DNA of 10,231 nucleotides from a virus: UHGV virus genome UHGV-0306718; one strand, 5' to 3'. Shown piece by piece: positions 8,353 to 10,231 of this stretch (position 1 is its first letter; each line of letters starts with the position of its first letter). The notes under the pieces were generated by a model. It saw only the letters and a program-made list of their open reading frames with translations, ran no database searches and was not told where the DNA came from. The position numbers and the translations under genes were made by a program.

Positions 8353-8438
8353 CGAACACATAATTACCGATGAAACAAAACTGAGACACACAAAGCTTTG
8401 CACTGGACTGCAAGGCTTTGTGATCTTCGATAGTGGTT

Positions 8439-8460
8439 AAGGTGGATCACTCCACCTTTT
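8439..8460 (+). terminator. Candidate terminator downstream of the membrane-protein gene
   Basis: AAGGTGGA-TCAC-TCCACCTT hairpin followed by TT; the U-tract is short. Confidence 0.35.
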
Positions 8461-8692
8461 CATCAAGCCAATCCGCCCACCACTGCATCATTTCTCTGCG
8501 CTTAACGTAGTTGATGCATCACTATCACCCTGTAATGGCTTATTACTGGTTTGCAGACAGGTAGGCATGAACATATGCCTGCGCATGAAGATGGAACTAG
8601 TCCGGATGCGATATTTTTGGTGATCACGTACATCATCAACGAAGTGCGTTATGGTGAGTTTGATGACTACCCGCTGAAGTGAAAATTGTGTT

Positions 8693-8714
8693 GTGTACCA
8701 AATTGCGTACCAAA
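8693..8714 (+). repeat. Direct repeats G(T/C)GTACCAAA, two copies; putative integrase arm-type binding sites
   Basis: GTGTACCAAA at 8693-8702 and GCGTACCAAA at 8705-8714, same orientation. Confidence 0.4.
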
Positions 8715-8944
8715 CTAAAATCACAAATCATGAAACCCTTGTTCATGGCGGTTCTCAGGGGTGTTGCGCGTAATCGTGAAAGAGGAAGGTAGGTTGTTTA
8801 TCTGTGTCTGTCATTGTCTAGCATTGTCCACTGTAGTTAATTAACTGTCTGTTATAACTCGAAAAACAACCATTTTTTCACCTGAGTATGTCTACGAACG
8901 TCAAATATAGTTGTTTACTGTGCGCTGTTGTCCATGTGATATTG

Positions 8945-8988
8945 TGTACCAGATGTGTACCAAACCATTATTTTTGAGCGTACCAAAT
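8945..8988 (+). repeat. Direct repeats G(T/C)GTACCA(A/G)A, three copies, immediately upstream of the int start; putative arm-type sites
   Basis: GTGTACCAGA at 8945-8954, GTGTACCAAA at 8955-8964, GCGTACCAAA at 8979-8988; the int ATG is at 8996. Confidence 0.4.
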
Positions 8989-8995
8989 ATTATTT

Positions 8996-10069
8996 ATGGC
9001 TATAAGCGACACAAAACTGCGTACTATTTATGGTAAACCATATTCGGGCCCACAAGAAGTGGCTGATGCAGATGGCCTCAGCGTACGAATTTCACCGAAG
9101 GGGGTCATCCAGTTCCAGTACCGCTATCGCTGGCATGGCAAGCCTAATCGCCTTGGGCTTGGTCGATACCCATCCCTGTCTTTGAAGGATGCCAGACAGA
9201 TCACTGCTGACTTGCGAAAGCTCTATTTCTCAGGAACGGATCCACGCACCTATTTTGAAGAGAAGGTGGAGAACTCCATGACGGTCGCCCAGTGTCTCGA
9301 CTACTGGTTCGACAACTACGTCTCTACAACTCTCAGAGAAAAGACCCAGGCACTTTACCGATCAACGGTTATGAAGCGCATGCATGACGCCTTCCCTAAT
9401 CGTCCGGCATCTTCTATCACGGTTAAGCAATGGGTTGACCTGCTTACCGAAGAAGAAAAAGATAATCCACGCCGAGCAAGGCAGGTGCTAAGTCAACTAA
9501 GATCAGCAATTAGTTGGTGCATGCGGCGTCAGTTGATAGATAGTTGCGCAATTATGAGCATCCAGCCAAGGGACTTCGGCTCCCGCGCTGAGGTAGGGGA
9601 TCGGGTACTGTCGTATCACGAACTGGCTAAGATTTGGATTGCTATTGAAAGAAGCCGTGCGTCTACGTCAAATAAGCTCCTTCATCAGATGCTTATGCTG
9701 TGGGGGGCGAGGCTCTCAGAGCTTAGGCTGGCAACAAAGACAGAATTTGACCTGCTGGACAACGTATGGACCGTACCGAAAGAGCATAGCAAGATGGGTA
9801 ATGTTATCCGCCGTCCAATCTTCGAACAAATTAAGCCTTTTCTCGAAAAGGCCATGACAACGTACAATGATGTTCTTTTCCCTGGAGAAGACATAAACAA
9901 ACCGATCAGCATCGCTGCAGCCAACCGATTCGTAAATAGAATAAGGGGAGGGATAGATCTAGGTTACTGGCGAACACATGATTTCAGAAGAACGCTTGTT
10001 ACACGGCTGTCCGAGGAAGCTGTTGAAGGGTGGATTCTTAACGGTGGCGTTAATCAGAAATGCTCCTGA
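8996..10069 (+). CDS. int: Tyrosine integrase (DUF4102/P4-like family), interrupted: N-terminal about 340 codons are integrase-like through box II (HDFRRT), then 17 unrelated codons and a stop; no catalytic Tyr in this frame
   Basis: N-terminal arm-binding-like region (GLSVRISPKGVIQFQYRYRWHGKPNRLGLGRYPSLSLKDAR), box I Arg (GARLSEL) and box II HDFRRTLVTRLSE are present; after LVTRLSE (ends 10015) the frame reads EAVEGWILNGGVNQKCS*, which is the antisense of the integrase C-terminus. Confidence 0.75.
   Translation: MAISDTKLRTIYGKPYSGPQEVADADGLSVRISPKGVIQFQYRYRWHGKPNRLGLGRYPSLSLKDARQITADLRKLYFSGTDPRTYFEEKVENSMTVAQCLDYWFDNYVSTTLREKTQALYRSTVMKRMHDAFPNRPASSITVKQWVDLLTEEEKDNPRRARQVLSQLRSAISWCMRRQLIDSCAIMSIQPRDFGSRAEVGDRVLSYHELAKIWIAIERSRASTSNKLLHQMLMLWGARLSELRLATKTEFDLLDNVWTVPKEHSKMGNVIRRPIFEQIKPFLEKAMTTYNDVLFPGEDINKPISIAAANRFVNRIRGGIDLGYWRTHDFRRTLVTRLSEEAVEGWILNGGVNQKCS
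9993..10015. repeat. Left copy of an exact 23-nt inverted repeat (CGCTTGTTACACGGCTGTCCGAG); the right copy is 10209-10231
   Basis: The reverse complement of 10209-10231 is identical to 9993-10015; the match breaks at 10016 versus 10208; the right copy abuts the window end, so the repeat may be longer. Confidence 0.9.
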
Positions 10070-10231
10070 TGTGCCAGAACAATTTATCAGCGTGAAGCTC
10101 ATACGCTTTGCGCTGAGCCTCTATCCAGTCGTGTTTATTGTATACGGACATTATCCCGCCAAGTTCATGACCGAGCATTCGCTCAGTAACATGAGGCTCG
10201 ACATTCATCTCGGACAGCCGTGTAACAAGCG
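10050..10231 (-). CDS. Integrase C-terminal catalytic segment encoded on the opposite strand (partial, continues beyond the window edge)
   Basis: Minus-strand translation from the window edge: LVTRLSEMNVEPHVTERMLGHELGGIMSVYNKHDWIEAQRKAYELHADKLFWHIRSISD*; it contains the conserved LGH and catalytic-Tyr (VYNKHD) region of tyrosine recombinases; stop at 10050-10052. Confidence 0.7.
   Translation of the reverse strand, partial: LVTRLSEMNVEPHVTERMLGHELGGIMSVYNKHDWIEAQRKAYELHADKLFWHIRSISD
10209..10231. repeat. Right copy of the 23-nt inverted repeat (inverted relative to 9993-10015)
   Basis: Exact reverse-complement match to 9993-10015, truncated by the window edge. Confidence 0.9.

Noticed and set aside
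8488-8724. Minus-strand 78-aa ORF, and a 37-codon plus-strand ORF (8575-8688), inside the att-like region
   Set aside because: No convincing RBS; the 78-aa ORF overlaps the arm-type repeat cluster; composition looks non-coding. The 37-codon ORF has a weak AGGTAGG upstream and cannot be fully excluded as a small excisionase-like gene.
7974-8995. tRNA gene or tRNA 3' fragment as attachment core
   Set aside because: I looked for T-loop-like GGTTCGAATCC or GTTCRANTC motifs and acceptor-stem complementarity and found none; there is no CRISPR-like repeat-spacer periodicity either.
9993-10231. Simple snap-back (hairpin) assembly artefact as the sole explanation for the inverted integrase end
   Set aside because: A snap-back chimera would be symmetric about a single point; here the 193-bp spacer is unique and non-palindromic, encoding the integrase C-terminus on one strand only. 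A more complex artefact remains possible and is listed as a hypothesis in the finding.

Overview
This window reads as the right-hand end of a P22-like (Lederbergvirus-type) temperate podophage or prophage. From left to right: the last 13 codons of an upstream virion gene; the ejection/DNA-transfer proteins gp20 (471 aa) and gp16 (613 aa); a low-GC accessory cassette of three small genes (secreted protein, HEXXH-motif protein, small YjzC-like protein) at the position P22 uses for sieA/hkcC; a textbook immI region (mnt, divergent Pmnt/Pant with Arc and Mnt operators, arc, sar antisense RNA, ant, terminator); a tailspike with a P22-type head-binding N-terminus fused to a divergent, AT-rich pectate-lyase-like beta-helix domain; a small 3-TM membrane protein; a ~640-bp non-coding att-like region with five direct G(T/C)GTACCAAA repeats; and a DUF4102/P4-family tyrosine integrase. 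The most unusual observation is that the integrase is broken after box II: its catalytic C-terminus is encoded on the opposite strand of the next ~190 bp, flanked by an exact 23-nt inverted repeat that reaches the window edge. All protein identifications are from recalled sequence similarity and motifs; no database search was run.
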